DNA of 64,000 nucleotides from Deltaproteobacteria bacterium. Lineage in GTDB: Bacteria; Myxococcota; Kuafuiibacteriia; Kuafuiibacteriales; Kuafuiibacteriaceae. Position numbers and translations under genes: made by a program. The stretch spans positions 288,001 through 352,000 of the forward strand of contig JAVJQW010000023.1 of the NCBI GenBank assembly GCA_040218735.1. Direction: 5' to 3'. Below the pieces are notes generated by a model. It was not told the DNA's origin. It ran no database searches and was given only the letters and a program-made list of their open reading frames with translations. Below, piece after piece: positions 21,166 to 31,944 of the stretch (positions within the stretch are counted from its first letter, which is position 1; each line of letters opens with the position of its first letter).

Positions 21166-22452
21166 TCAGTTACAGGCGCAGCCGCCGCCGGCGCCGGCGG
21201 CACTTCCGCCGGAGGAGGCTTCGCGGGACTCGAGGAAGGTGCGCTCGACCATCGCTTCTTCGATGTCGGGGCCGCGGGTCATGACGGCGGTCGCCATGCG
21301 GCCACGCTCCCACGCCTTAACGTTCACGCAGCCCGCGAAGAACGCGAGGAACATCGCGCCGCTCGCGGCGAGCGCGACCGCGCGTGCGCGACGCGAGCGG
21401 AAGAGCAGAATCACCGAGGCGATCAGCGCGGCCAGCGTCGCGAGCAACCACATCGGCGGGGGCTGCGGGCCCTTCGGCGTCGTCACCACCGGCGGGACCT
21501 CCGTCGAGTTCCACGGCGGGTTCGTCGGGTTGCACGCGCCCACGCCCTGCGGACACGCGGCGCGCCGGAACTCGGCGACGTCGTCGTCGTACGTGTCGCT
21601 GTAGCCGTCACCGTCGACCGCCGCGATGTAGAAGCGGATGCGCCCGTTGCCGACGCTCGGCGCGGGGTTCGGCGCCTGCCAGAAGAAGTGCCACTGCACG
21701 TTGTTGAAGGCCTGGCCCGCGTCCGGCGTGATGTCGCCGCCGACGTTCGCGACGATCGTGTCGCAGCTCTGATCGCAGGTCCACTGACCGAACGGCGGGT
21801 TCGAGTTCGGGTCCGACAGGCGCCACCGGTGCAGGCTCATTGTCGTCGGCCCGCCCTGCAGGATCGCCGGCGGGTACGTCGCACCGAACGAACACAGCTC
21901 CGAGCCGCTGTTGCACGCCCCCGCGGCGGTCGAGCCCGGGTTGTTGTCGCTGTCGGGCTGGAGGATGCCGGCCTGCGGGCTGCCCGCGTAGTTCGCGTAC
22001 TGGTTGCCCTCGCTCATCACCTCCGCGGACATCAGGTTGCGGTTCTCCGCCACGCGCGGGCACGCCACCTTCTCGGCGGTGCCCATCGGGTTCTCGTAGC
22101 TCCCGTTCGACGGCTGTCGACCGCGGTGCTCACCTGTCAACGTGACCGTGACCTTGTAACGCGCGCCGGGCTGGTACCCGTTCGCGAAGATGTCGTCCGC
22201 GACGAGCGAGCCGCCATTGTCACGACGTGTGGTCACCTGAACGCCGATGCGCTCGTTCGGCGGGATGTTCTGACTCCCGAGGTGGCAGCTCGTGCACGTG
22301 ATCCCGAGGCTCCGCGGCGACCCCGTCGCGAAGTTGCCTCCGGAGCCGCGCCACGGTCCTCGCGAGAACGGGCTGCCCCAGTCCCAGGCCATGGCCTCAC
22401 CGGCGAGGCCCATCGATAGGAAGAGCGAAGTAGCGATGACGATCTTCTTCAT
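21166..22452 (-). CDS. CxxCH / Reeler-like protein fused to a C-terminal DUF4266 domain
   Basis: GAGGAG RBS; signal peptide; TGSPRSLGITCTSCH; WHFFWQAP; FYIAAVDGDG (paralog of 10544-11275); C-terminus GCVNVKAWERGRMA...SREASSGG..GGGCACN. Confidence 0.8.
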   Translation of the reverse strand: MKKIVIATSLFLSMGLAGEAMAWDWGSPFSRGPWRGSGGNFATGSPRSLGITCTSCHLGSQNIPPNERIGVQVTTRRDNGGSLVADDIFANGYQPGARYKVTVTLTGEHRGRQPSNGSYENPMGTAEKVACPRVAENRNLMSAEVMSEGNQYANYAGSPQAGILQPDSDNNPGSTAAGACNSGSELCSFGATYPPAILQGGPTTMSLHRWRLSDPNSNPPFGQWTCDQSCDTIVANVGGDITPDAGQAFNNVQWHFFWQAPNPAPSVGNGRIRFYIAAVDGDGYSDTYDDDVAEFRRAACPQGVGACNPTNPPWNSTEVPPVVTTPKGPQPPPMWLLATLAALIASVILLFRSRRARAVALAASGAMFLAFFAGCVNVKAWERGRMATAVMTRGPDIEEAMVERTFLESREASSGGSAAGAGGGCACN

Positions 22453-22463
22453 CTTCGTTCTCC

Positions 22464-24002
22464 TCAGCGCATGCACTGCGTCGGGTCACACGGCGGTGTG
22501 ACGTTGGGGGGCGTGCCGCACTGCGACGTGCTGCCCTGGGTGCACTGCGGGCACTGCCCGCCGTTGGTGTTCAAGTCGAGCGCGGTGTCGTTGCGCGTCG
22601 GGAGGGGGAGGTTGTTGCAGTTCGCGGGATCCGTCTGGCCGTTCAACCACCCGAGGATCGCCTGGTAACGCACGTCGTTCGTCGACGCGAAGATGTCGAA
22701 GTTGTCGTGCACGTGCCCGCGCGGGTCCCCGGTGAGCGGCTGCGTGAGCAGCTCGTTGTTCGTCGACGCCGGCGCATCGAGCGCAAACAGCCGCGCGTTG
22801 TCGTAGTTGAAGGCCCACTCCGCCGTCGTCAGCGGATCCGGCCCGCAGTTCGCCTCCGGATACTGACCACCCCCGTTGCAGAACCCGGGGTTGATCGGCC
22901 CGTCGTGGTCCTTGCCCGACAGCAGCGGCGCCATGCGCTTCATGTTCACCGCGAACGTCTGCAAGCGACGCGTCGGCGTGTCCGTCGTGTGGCAGCCGAG
23001 GTACGCGCAGCTCGCCTCGAGGATCGGCTGCATCCGGCACCTGAAGTAGTTCTCGTCGAGGTTCGGCAGCGCCGTCGTCGTGGGGCACGCGGCGTCGCCG
23101 CAGGTCCGCACCGCCGTGCCGTTCGGCGTCGCCGGGAGCGCCCACGGCTGGCACGTCGTCTCGTTGCAATTTGTGTTGCAAGCGCCGTTGCTGCAGCCCG
23201 GGGCGCCGCAGTTCATGTCCGTCGACGGGTAGTCACACATCGACGTGCCCGGGTTGCACATCGCGCCGTTGATCGTGAACGTGCGGAGCGTCGTCGCATC
23301 GACGCAGGTCGGCGCCGGCGGCTGGTCACACACCACGCCATTGCCGAGGCAGGAGCCGTCCCCCTGGCAGGCGTCGCCCATCGTGCACGCGTCGCCGTCG
23401 TCACAGGTCGTGATGTTGCCGTCGACCATGTACGAACATGCGCCCGTCTGCTCGTCGCAGGTGCCGGGCACCGCGTAGCAGGTGGTCGGCGGCGTGTTGC
23501 AGGTCCGGTTCGCGCAGGGGTTCGGGCACAGGCCGGCGGTCACCGAGCCGCACATGCCGGGGCACGACACCGTCTGCTGGTTGTAGTTGCACGTCCCCAT
23601 CGAGCACGAGCCCTGCGTGTCGTAGACCACCGAGGTGTCGGCGTCGCTGCAGGTCGGCGCGGGCGGGGTGTTGCACATCATCGGCGTGCCGGCGCACGAG
23701 CCGTCGGCGGCGCACATATCCCCCTGGGTGCAGGCGTTGCCGTCGCTGCACGACTGGCCGGGGGCGAGCGCGTAGCTGCACGTCCCGTTGGCGCAGGTCC
23801 CGGTCGGCGCGTGGCACTGCGAGGGCGGCGTGTTGCACACGACGTTCAGGCAGGGGTCGTTCGGGTCGGACCCGCCGTCCCGCTCCGTCCCGATGCAGAT
23901 CCCGTTGTTGCAGGGGTCGTCGGGTTGATCGCGGTCCACGTTGCAGGCCGCGGCTGTCGTACACAGCCAGGTGAGCGCGAAGAGTCTGAAAAGCGTGCGC
24001 AT
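22464..24002 (-). CDS. Cys-rich repeat lipoprotein with C-terminal CxxxxCH domain
   Basis: Lipobox AAAC; CSDGNACT/CDDGDACT repeats; YFRCRMQPILEASCAYLGCH, LLTQPL, DVRYQAILGWL (paralogous to 10066-10542). Confidence 0.78.
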   Translation of the reverse strand: MRTLFRLFALTWLCTTAAACNVDRDQPDDPCNNGICIGTERDGGSDPNDPCLNVVCNTPPSQCHAPTGTCANGTCSYALAPGQSCSDGNACTQGDMCAADGSCAGTPMMCNTPPAPTCSDADTSVVYDTQGSCSMGTCNYNQQTVSCPGMCGSVTAGLCPNPCANRTCNTPPTTCYAVPGTCDEQTGACSYMVDGNITTCDDGDACTMGDACQGDGSCLGNGVVCDQPPAPTCVDATTLRTFTINGAMCNPGTSMCDYPSTDMNCGAPGCSNGACNTNCNETTCQPWALPATPNGTAVRTCGDAACPTTTALPNLDENYFRCRMQPILEASCAYLGCHTTDTPTRRLQTFAVNMKRMAPLLSGKDHDGPINPGFCNGGGQYPEANCGPDPLTTAEWAFNYDNARLFALDAPASTNNELLTQPLTGDPRGHVHDNFDIFASTNDVRYQAILGWLNGQTDPANCNNLPLPTRNDTALDLNTNGGQCPQCTQGSTSQCGTPPNVTPPCDPTQCMR

Positions 24003-24099
24003 CGAATGCAGTCCTCGGGGAGGGGTCACAGAGTGAATACGAAGTAGCGAGGGCTCGTGGTCCACTCAAAGGGGAATCGAGCTACGCGTCAACCGGACA

Positions 24100-26100
24100 T
24101 CACAACGTCCGCCCGAGGGCGTCCACCAGCCAGTCGACGGTCATCGCGTCGATCCGTGCCACATTGTCGTACAGGCCGCGGTCGCGGAGCAGCGCGTCGA
24201 CCTTGTCGCGTTTGCCCGGACGGTAGTCGATGCCGACCACCGCGCACCCCTGCGACAGCGCGAAGATGTTCGCGTGGAAGCGCATCGCGATCACCGCGTC
24301 GATGCGCCGCAGGAGCGCCACGACGCCGTCGAGCGTCGCGTCGCCCTCCCAGACCCGGAAATCGACGTCGCTGCGCAGGTGCCGCGCGAGGCGATACGCG
24401 CTCTTGAGGTCCGACGAGCCGAACTGAATCGCGTTCATCGGGTAGTAGACGTAGCGAACCTTCTTCTTGCGCGACTTCGAGAAGATCTTCATCGCCTCGG
24501 CGAGCCGCTCCTCGAACCGCCGCTCCACGAACCGCGTGTACGAATCCCGCTGCTCCGGCGGCACCCCCGTCGTGAACAGTGGTCGGATTGGCCGAAGATT
24601 CAGGCCGACGATCTGCTTGTCCTCTCGATCTGCGACGAGCCGTTCGACCCACGCGCGATCCACGTCCGGCAGACGCGACAGCTCCTGCCCCCGCGACGCG
24701 AGGTAGTCGAACGCGGGATCGTGCCCGAGCTCCGGCGTCAGCCCGTCGAGGATCGAGCACTCCTGATCCGCCGCCGTGCGAATCGAGATGCGATTCGCCG
24801 CCAACGTGATCTGTCGACCGACCCACTCCGAAGGTTTGCGCTCGAACGGCCCCGCGCCGATCCCCTCCAGGACGATCGGCTTGCCCTGCTTCTTCGCGAG
24901 TGACACCGCGTAGAGGTGACGCACGAGCTGCTTCGGCAGATCCATCAACGGCCCGCCCGCGTAGACGACGCCGTCCGTCTCGGCGACCGCAGCCTCGATC
25001 CGGTCGTGCTCGTACAGCTCCACGCGGAGCTCCACCGGCGTGTCGAGCAACCGCACCAACCGCTGCGTGTGGTCCGGCCGCTGCGTCATCAACACGCCGC
25101 GCTTCGTGCCGAACTTCTCGTGCGCGCGGAGGAGGACGCCGCCGAGGATCGCGGCGTCGCCGATGTGCTCGCCACCGTACGCGCCGATCAACGTGATCGA
25201 CTCCATCTGCGTCCCGTCGGCGAGCGGCGGTGCCGCGCGCTCCGCCGCGAGGCGAACACGCGACCAAACGCCGAGCGCGCGCTGCCCGTCGAGCAACACG
25301 CCGCCGACGTCCTTCACCTGCGCGATGAGCTGCTCACGCTCCGCCGGACCTTCGTCGATCTGCAGGTCGTGTTCGTCCTCGACGGTCGGGAGGTTGCCGA
25401 CCTCGAGGCCGGACGCCGTGAGGTGCGCGACCGGTCGCGCGCCCGCGGGGCGCCGCGGACCGACACCGTCGAGCACGCCGAGCAGGAAGTGATGGTAGGC
25501 GGTGCGCTTCGGCGTATATGCGTCGACCTCTTCGTCGAGGAGCCGGTACTTCAGGAAGTCGCGGACGAACAGCTGCGCGTCTTCGTCGAGCGCGCCGTCG
25601 AAGTCCCAACCCGGCAACGCCCACGCGGGCGCGAGGCGCGGGTCGATGCGTTCGTCCTGCGCGAGGGAGAAGAGCCCCTCCAGCCGAAACACCAGCGGCG
25701 CGGTCAGCGGGACGACGAAGCGGATCATGACGCCGCGCGTGCGTAAGGTCTTCGCCGTCTCGAAGATCGGCGCGAGCGTGGTGGGGCGCTTTTGGAACGC
25801 CTCGAAGGTGTCGGCCTCCGCGTCGAGGACAAACGCGACGGTCAGCTCCAGGTTCTTCGCCGCACGGACCCAGGCGAGGCCCGCGTCGAGGTCGACCCCG
25901 TCGGCGACCTCGGCGAGCTGCACTTCGATCCGCGCGAGCTGCGGGAGCGCCGCGCGCATCTCCCCGAGCAGCGGTCCCACCGCGTCGACCGCGGGCCGCA
26001 CCAAGGTCACCGAGGTGACGCTCGCGAGGCGCCGATCTGCGAGCTGCGCGCTCTCGGGCGAGCCTTCGACGACGAGGTGCCGTACTTCCGTGCCGTCCAC
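24100..26100 (-). CDS. polysaccharide pyruvyl transferase family protein with long N-terminal extension
   Basis: IGAYGGEHIGDAAIL, AGG, GIGAGP, DPAF, IAMRFHANIFA, IDY..K. Confidence 0.82.
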   Translation of the reverse strand: MDGTEVRHLVVEGSPESAQLADRRLASVTSVTLVRPAVDAVGPLLGEMRAALPQLARIEVQLAEVADGVDLDAGLAWVRAAKNLELTVAFVLDAEADTFEAFQKRPTTLAPIFETAKTLRTRGVMIRFVVPLTAPLVFRLEGLFSLAQDERIDPRLAPAWALPGWDFDGALDEDAQLFVRDFLKYRLLDEEVDAYTPKRTAYHHFLLGVLDGVGPRRPAGARPVAHLTASGLEVGNLPTVEDEHDLQIDEGPAEREQLIAQVKDVGGVLLDGQRALGVWSRVRLAAERAAPPLADGTQMESITLIGAYGGEHIGDAAILGGVLLRAHEKFGTKRGVLMTQRPDHTQRLVRLLDTPVELRVELYEHDRIEAAVAETDGVVYAGGPLMDLPKQLVRHLYAVSLAKKQGKPIVLEGIGAGPFERKPSEWVGRQITLAANRISIRTAADQECSILDGLTPELGHDPAFDYLASRGQELSRLPDVDRAWVERLVADREDKQIVGLNLRPIRPLFTTGVPPEQRDSYTRFVERRFEERLAEAMKIFSKSRKKKVRYVYYPMNAIQFGSSDLKSAYRLARHLRSDVDFRVWEGDATLDGVVALLRRIDAVIAMRFHANIFALSQGCAVVGIDYRPGKRDKVDALLRDRGLYDNVARIDAMTVDWLVDALGRTL

Positions 26101-26177
26101 GAGCCGGGCGGTACGGCAATCCGAGACCCGTGTCCAACCCCATTCGTGACGGCGCCAGGCCGTGGTATCAGCGAGGC

Positions 26178-27098
26178 GTGATCGTCAAACCCCGAGGCAC
26201 TTGGCTGTCGCTCATGTTCTCCTGGCGGGGCAGCGTCATCACGTCGATCTGGCCGCGGCTGCTCTTCGTGCTGATCGTCTCGATCGCGGTGGAAGAGGCC
26301 CACCGCCAGAACGTCATCCCGGAACGCATCACCCTCACGCCCCTACCCTTCAGCCTGATCGGGCTCGCGCTCTCCATCTTCCTCGGCTTCCGCAACAACA
26401 CGAGCTACGACCGCTTCTGGGAGGGCCGTAAGCTGTGGGGCCGCGTCGTGAACACGTCGCGCAGCCTGACGCGCCAGATCCTCACGCTCGTCGCCTCCGA
26501 AGACGGCGCCACGCACAAGACACTCGTGTACCGGCTGATGGGTTACGTCCACGCGCTGCGCCTGCACCTACGCACGCAGAAGGATCTCTCGGAGCTGTCG
26601 CCCTTCATCGGCGAAGCGCGCGCGAAGGCGCTGGAGGGCGAGACCAACCCACCCATCGCGCTGTTGCAGGACCTCGGCGACGACTTCGCCGCGGAGTGGA
26701 AGAAGGGCAACGTCGACGCCTTCCACCTCCCGGTCCTCGAAGCCAGCCTCACCGAATTCGCGAACATCCAGGGCGGCTGCGAGCGCATCCGCGCCACGCC
26801 GATCCCGTTCTCGTACACGGTGCTGATGCACAGGATCGTGGAGCTGTACTGCCTCGGCCTCCCCTTCGGCATCGTGAACAGCACCGGCGTCGCGACGCCG
26901 TTCGTGGTGCTGATGATCGCCTACGCCTTCCTCGCGCTGGACGCGATCGGCGAGGAGATCGAGGACCCCTTCGGCACGGACAACAACGACCTGCCGCTGT
27001 CGCAGCTGTCGCGGATGATCGAGATCAATCTGCGGGAGCGGTTGGGGGAGGAGGAGCTGCCCGACCCGGTGACCCCGGTGAACGGGGTGCTGAGCTGA
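26178..27098 (+). CDS. bestrophin family anion channel
   Basis: FLGFRNNTSYDRFWEGRKLWG, GGCERI..TPIPFSY, EIEDPFG.D.NDLPL. Confidence 0.93.
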   Translation: MIVKPRGTWLSLMFSWRGSVITSIWPRLLFVLIVSIAVEEAHRQNVIPERITLTPLPFSLIGLALSIFLGFRNNTSYDRFWEGRKLWGRVVNTSRSLTRQILTLVASEDGATHKTLVYRLMGYVHALRLHLRTQKDLSELSPFIGEARAKALEGETNPPIALLQDLGDDFAAEWKKGNVDAFHLPVLEASLTEFANIQGGCERIRATPIPFSYTVLMHRIVELYCLGLPFGIVNSTGVATPFVVLMIAYAFLALDAIGEEIEDPFGTDNNDLPLSQLSRMIEINLRERLGEEELPDPVTPVNGVLS

Positions 27099-27101
27099 GC
27101 G

Positions 27102-28274
<1,173 letters not shown>

Positions 28275-28317
28275 GAAGACGAGTCAACCTGCTGCCTGAT
28301 GGGCTGTCAAACCGAAC

Positions 28318-29952
28318 TCAACTCGACTGCGCCACGCGTGCGTCGTTCTCGTACTTGTCGTCCCCCTCGGGACGCACGACCTCGCTCAAGTCGTACAGGA
28401 TCAGCACCATGCCGTAGCCCTCGACCGTCTCGACGCGACGCGCGCCGTGTCGGTCCAGGTAACGCGTCATGAATGCGAACAGCGACTCCTCGCTGCGCCC
28501 CACGACCTTGGGGTCCTTGGTCCCCTGGTACGTCGAGAGGACGAACCACACGCGCTCGCGCCCGAATACATCGTCCACGACGCGCGGCAGGTTCACGAAC
28601 CGGCCGTCGGGGTCGAGGCGCCGCGGCTCGTAGCGCCCGAGGTAGTCCATCGGGAGCCGGTACTTCGGACCGTAGTGGTCGTAGACCGTCCCGAGCCCCG
28701 CGCCGGACAGGAACACGAGGTCCCCCGGCTGCTTGCGCTCCGACAACTCGCGCGCGAGGTCTTCGAAGTCCGGCGCGGCGGCCGGTGCGTAGGTGAACTC
28801 GAACGTCTGCGGCATCACGGGGACGGTGACCGTGGCGACACAGACGACCGCGACCGCCCCGACGAGCCAGGAGCGACGCTCCGCGATCACCGCGATCCCG
28901 ACGCCCATGAGGATGCCCATCGAGGGCACCGCGAACATCAGGAGCCGTTCGATCGCGGGGTACTTCCGGAGCATCGACGCCGCCAACGCGAGGAGCGCCG
29001 GCCCCGCGACGAGCATCAGCAGCTTGTACTGCTTGCGAACGATCGCGGCGAAGATGCCGGCCCCCCCGATCGCACCCGCGAGGTACTTGTGCGCGAGGCC
29101 CCCCGGGTTGCTGTACGAGTAGAAGTAACGGCCGACGTACCAGCGTAGATCCGAGAGATCGCGCGGCGGGAACGGCGCGAAGCCCGGGTCCCAGTAGGTC
29201 GAGGCCCCCTTCGACGAAGCGACCGTGCTCTGCACGATCACCATCTGGTAGTGCACGGCGAACGCGGCGACCCACGTGATGCCGAGCGCCGCGACGAGGC
29301 CCATGCGACGGACGTCGCGACCCGACGACCACGCGTCCATCATCAACGCCGCACCGCAGGCCCCCAAGACGAACAGCGACGGCAACGACACCCACCCCGC
29401 CACGACGCCCGCGACCCCGATCACCCACCAACGCGCGCGCTCGTGCGGTTGGTCGAGCACCCGAACCGTCAGGAACATGCTGACGCCCGCGACCGCGGCG
29501 TCGATCGCGTACGGCTTCACCTCGGCGCCGTAGTACGTGAGCAGCGACGAGCTCCCGATGAAGAACATCGCCGACAACGCGGCGATCGGCCCGGCGAAGC
29601 GGCGCGCGATCGGGTAGACGACGGCCGTCGCGACGACGCTCCCCAAGAACGGGAACAGGCGGAAGCCGAAGTCGTTCGCGCCGGCGACCAGCGTCGACAG
29701 CTTCATCCCCGCGAGCACGCCCCAGGGCGCGACCTGCCGGTAGACGAACGGCTTACCGAGCTCGAAGAACGAGCGAGGCTCGACGTTGAGCGCGAGCGCC
29801 GCCTCGTCGCCCCACAGCGAGGGGCGGTAGAGGAGCGTCCCGATCCGCGCCACGATCCCAAAGAGGAGCACGACCGCAAAAAGTGCCAATTCGACCTTTG
29901 GTCGCCGCTCGAGCCAACGCCGCGCGTCGACTGCTGTCTCCCCCCAACGCAT
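28318..29952 (-). CDS. GT-C fold glycosyltransferase (family 39 / ArnT-like)
   Basis: SLWGDE after TM1, EVKPY motif, many TMs. Confidence 0.8.
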   Translation of the reverse strand: MRWGETAVDARRWLERRPKVELALFAVVLLFGIVARIGTLLYRPSLWGDEAALALNVEPRSFFELGKPFVYRQVAPWGVLAGMKLSTLVAGANDFGFRLFPFLGSVVATAVVYPIARRFAGPIAALSAMFFIGSSSLLTYYGAEVKPYAIDAAVAGVSMFLTVRVLDQPHERARWWVIGVAGVVAGWVSLPSLFVLGACGAALMMDAWSSGRDVRRMGLVAALGITWVAAFAVHYQMVIVQSTVASSKGASTYWDPGFAPFPPRDLSDLRWYVGRYFYSYSNPGGLAHKYLAGAIGGAGIFAAIVRKQYKLLMLVAGPALLALAASMLRKYPAIERLLMFAVPSMGILMGVGIAVIAERRSWLVGAVAVVCVATVTVPVMPQTFEFTYAPAAAPDFEDLARELSERKQPGDLVFLSGAGLGTVYDHYGPKYRLPMDYLGRYEPRRLDPDGRFVNLPRVVDDVFGRERVWFVLSTYQGTKDPKVVGRSEESLFAFMTRYLDRHGARRVETVEGYGMVLILYDLSEVVRPEGDDKYENDARVAQSS

Positions 29953-30074
29953 CGATCCAACGAAATCAGGATACCGGACGTCACGATCCTACGACGTCGG
30001 AGCCGGGATTCTGACACCGGGTTTCGAGGGTGTCGATGACCCGAAGGCCAGGTTTCGGGCTAGGCTGCGGCCCC

Positions 30075-30698
30075 ATGGAGCTCGTGGCGATCGACCACCT
30101 CGACGACGACGCACGGCGTCGTCTCGCGTCCCTCCACGCCCAGGCGATGCCCACCAGCCTCCTGACGCGGCTCGGCCCCGGGATCGTCCAACGCTTCTAC
30201 GCGCGGATCCCGGACGTGCAGCATTTCGTCGCCTTCGCCGCCACGCTCGACGGCGTCGTCCAGGGCGCCGTCGTCGGCACGCCGCAGCCGAACGCCGCCT
30301 TCGACGCGGTGGCGAACCCTCTGTGGCGATTCGGCGCCCACGTCCTCCGACACCGGCCCCACATGGTCGCGCAGCTGCTCTACGCGAAGCTGCGCCCCGC
30401 CCACGACGTCGCGCGCCCCACGAACAGCGTGGAGCTCATGTACATCTTCGCGTCGCCCGAGGCGCGCGGTCGCGGGATCGGGCGAGCGCTGGTGCAGCGG
30501 TTCGTCGAGGCCAGTCGCGCGCGCGGCGCGGAGCACGTGACGCTGAGCGTGGAGGTCGACAACGCCCCTGCGATCCAGCTGTACGAGCGGATGGGGTTCA
30601 CGATCAGCGCCGCGCGACAGCGCGAGGGGCGCACGCTGTGCCACCGCATGACCTTGACGCTCGAACCCGCCGCTTCGACGATGCCCGCGACGTCGTGA
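30075..30698 (+). CDS. GNAT family N-acetyltransferase
   Basis: SPEARGRGIGRAL, NAPAIQLYERMGF. Confidence 0.88.
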   Translation: MELVAIDHLDDDARRRLASLHAQAMPTSLLTRLGPGIVQRFYARIPDVQHFVAFAATLDGVVQGAVVGTPQPNAAFDAVANPLWRFGAHVLRHRPHMVAQLLYAKLRPAHDVARPTNSVELMYIFASPEARGRGIGRALVQRFVEASRARGAEHVTLSVEVDNAPAIQLYERMGFTISAARQREGRTLCHRMTLTLEPAASTMPATS

Positions 30699-31639
30699 AG
30701 TACGCCGCGGTCAACATCAACTTCGACTCCCTCGGCGAAGCGTACGGCTTCCCGACCGACTACCGCGACCCGTCCTTTCACGCGATCGCGGATCGGTTCT
30801 TCGCGATCGCCGACAAGTACGGCTTCAAGTACAGCATCTACATCATCGCCAAGGATCTCGAGCGCCCCGAGAACCGCGCCGCGGTGAAGCGCTGGGCCGA
30901 GATGGGCCACGAGATCGGCAACCACACCTACCACCACCGCGTGAACCTCGGCGCGCTCTCCGATACGGAGCTCGACGAAGAGATCGGCCGCGCGCACGAT
31001 CTGATCGGCGACACCACCGGCGTCGCGCCCACCGGCTTCATCGCCCCCGTCTGGGCGACTTCGCAACGCGTGCTCGAGAAGCTCATCACGCTCGGCTACC
31101 ACTACGACACGTCGGCGCACCCGTCGTGGTTGATGTACCCGTCGCTCCTGAAGATGACGGTGAACCACCTCGGCAACGAGCGGATGTGGAGCTTCCTGTC
31201 CCGCCGCGACTTCGGCTACTTCCTCGCGGGGTCACGCCACCCGTTCCTGACGAACGGCGATCTCTACGGCCGACACTACGACCCGTCACGCCCTGCGCTG
31301 ACCGTGCTGCCGCTCCCGTCGACCCCCGCGCGCATGGCGTGCTGGCACACCCTCGCGTTCATGTTCGACTGGCCGGTCTTCGAACGCATCCTGACCGCGT
31401 GCCTCGAGAGCCTCGATTGCTTCTACTACCTGGTGCACCCGGCGGACCTCGCGCAGCCCTCCGATCTGGATCCGTCGATGAAGATCCACCTCGAGCGCCT
31501 CGACGTCCCGCTCGCCACGAAGATCAGCCGGCTGGAGCGCGCCGTGGAGCACATGCTCTCCGACGGTCGGGAGATCGTGACGATGCAGCGGCTCGCGGAG
31601 CACGCCCGCGCGCAGATCGAAGCGCGCCGCGCGGCGTGA
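30695..31639 (+). CDS. polysaccharide deacetylase family protein
   Basis: GHEIGNHTYHH, GFIAP, YDTS, HPAD. Confidence 0.85.
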   Translation: MKYAAVNINFDSLGEAYGFPTDYRDPSFHAIADRFFAIADKYGFKYSIYIIAKDLERPENRAAVKRWAEMGHEIGNHTYHHRVNLGALSDTELDEEIGRAHDLIGDTTGVAPTGFIAPVWATSQRVLEKLITLGYHYDTSAHPSWLMYPSLLKMTVNHLGNERMWSFLSRRDFGYFLAGSRHPFLTNGDLYGRHYDPSRPALTVLPLPSTPARMACWHTLAFMFDWPVFERILTACLESLDCFYYLVHPADLAQPSDLDPSMKIHLERLDVPLATKISRLERAVEHMLSDGREIVTMQRLAEHARAQIEARRAA

Positions 31640-31944
31640 TGCGCTGGCTGTACCACGTGCGCGTGCGCGCGCCGGTCACCGACGACTACGTCGGCCCCAC
31701 CTTCGCGAAGGAAGGCTTCACGCACTGCTCGTACGCGGACCGGATCCTGGAGTCGGCGTCGCTCTACTTCGCGGACCACGACGACCTCGAGCTGCTGATG
31801 ATCGATCCGCGCGGGCTGGACGTCCGCGTCGCCACCACGCCGCGCGGGCCAATGCCTCATGTGTACCAACCCATCCCGGCGGCGGCGGTTCAGCGCGTGA
31901 TTCAGCTCCCGACCGACGAGACGCTCGCGGACGTTTTGTCCTGA
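31639..31944 (+). CDS. DUF952 domain protein
   Basis: LYH, EGFTHCS, LLMIDP, PHVYQPIP. Confidence 0.8.
   Translation: MRWLYHVRVRAPVTDDYVGPTFAKEGFTHCSYADRILESASLYFADHDDLELLMIDPRGLDVRVATTPRGPMPHVYQPIPAAAVQRVIQLPTDETLADVLS

Noticed and set aside
23213-23860. Cys-rich repeats as a multiheme cytochrome or RiPP precursor
   Set aside because: They are CxDGxxCT-type disulfide repeats lacking repeated CxxCH, common in myxobacterial lipoproteins.
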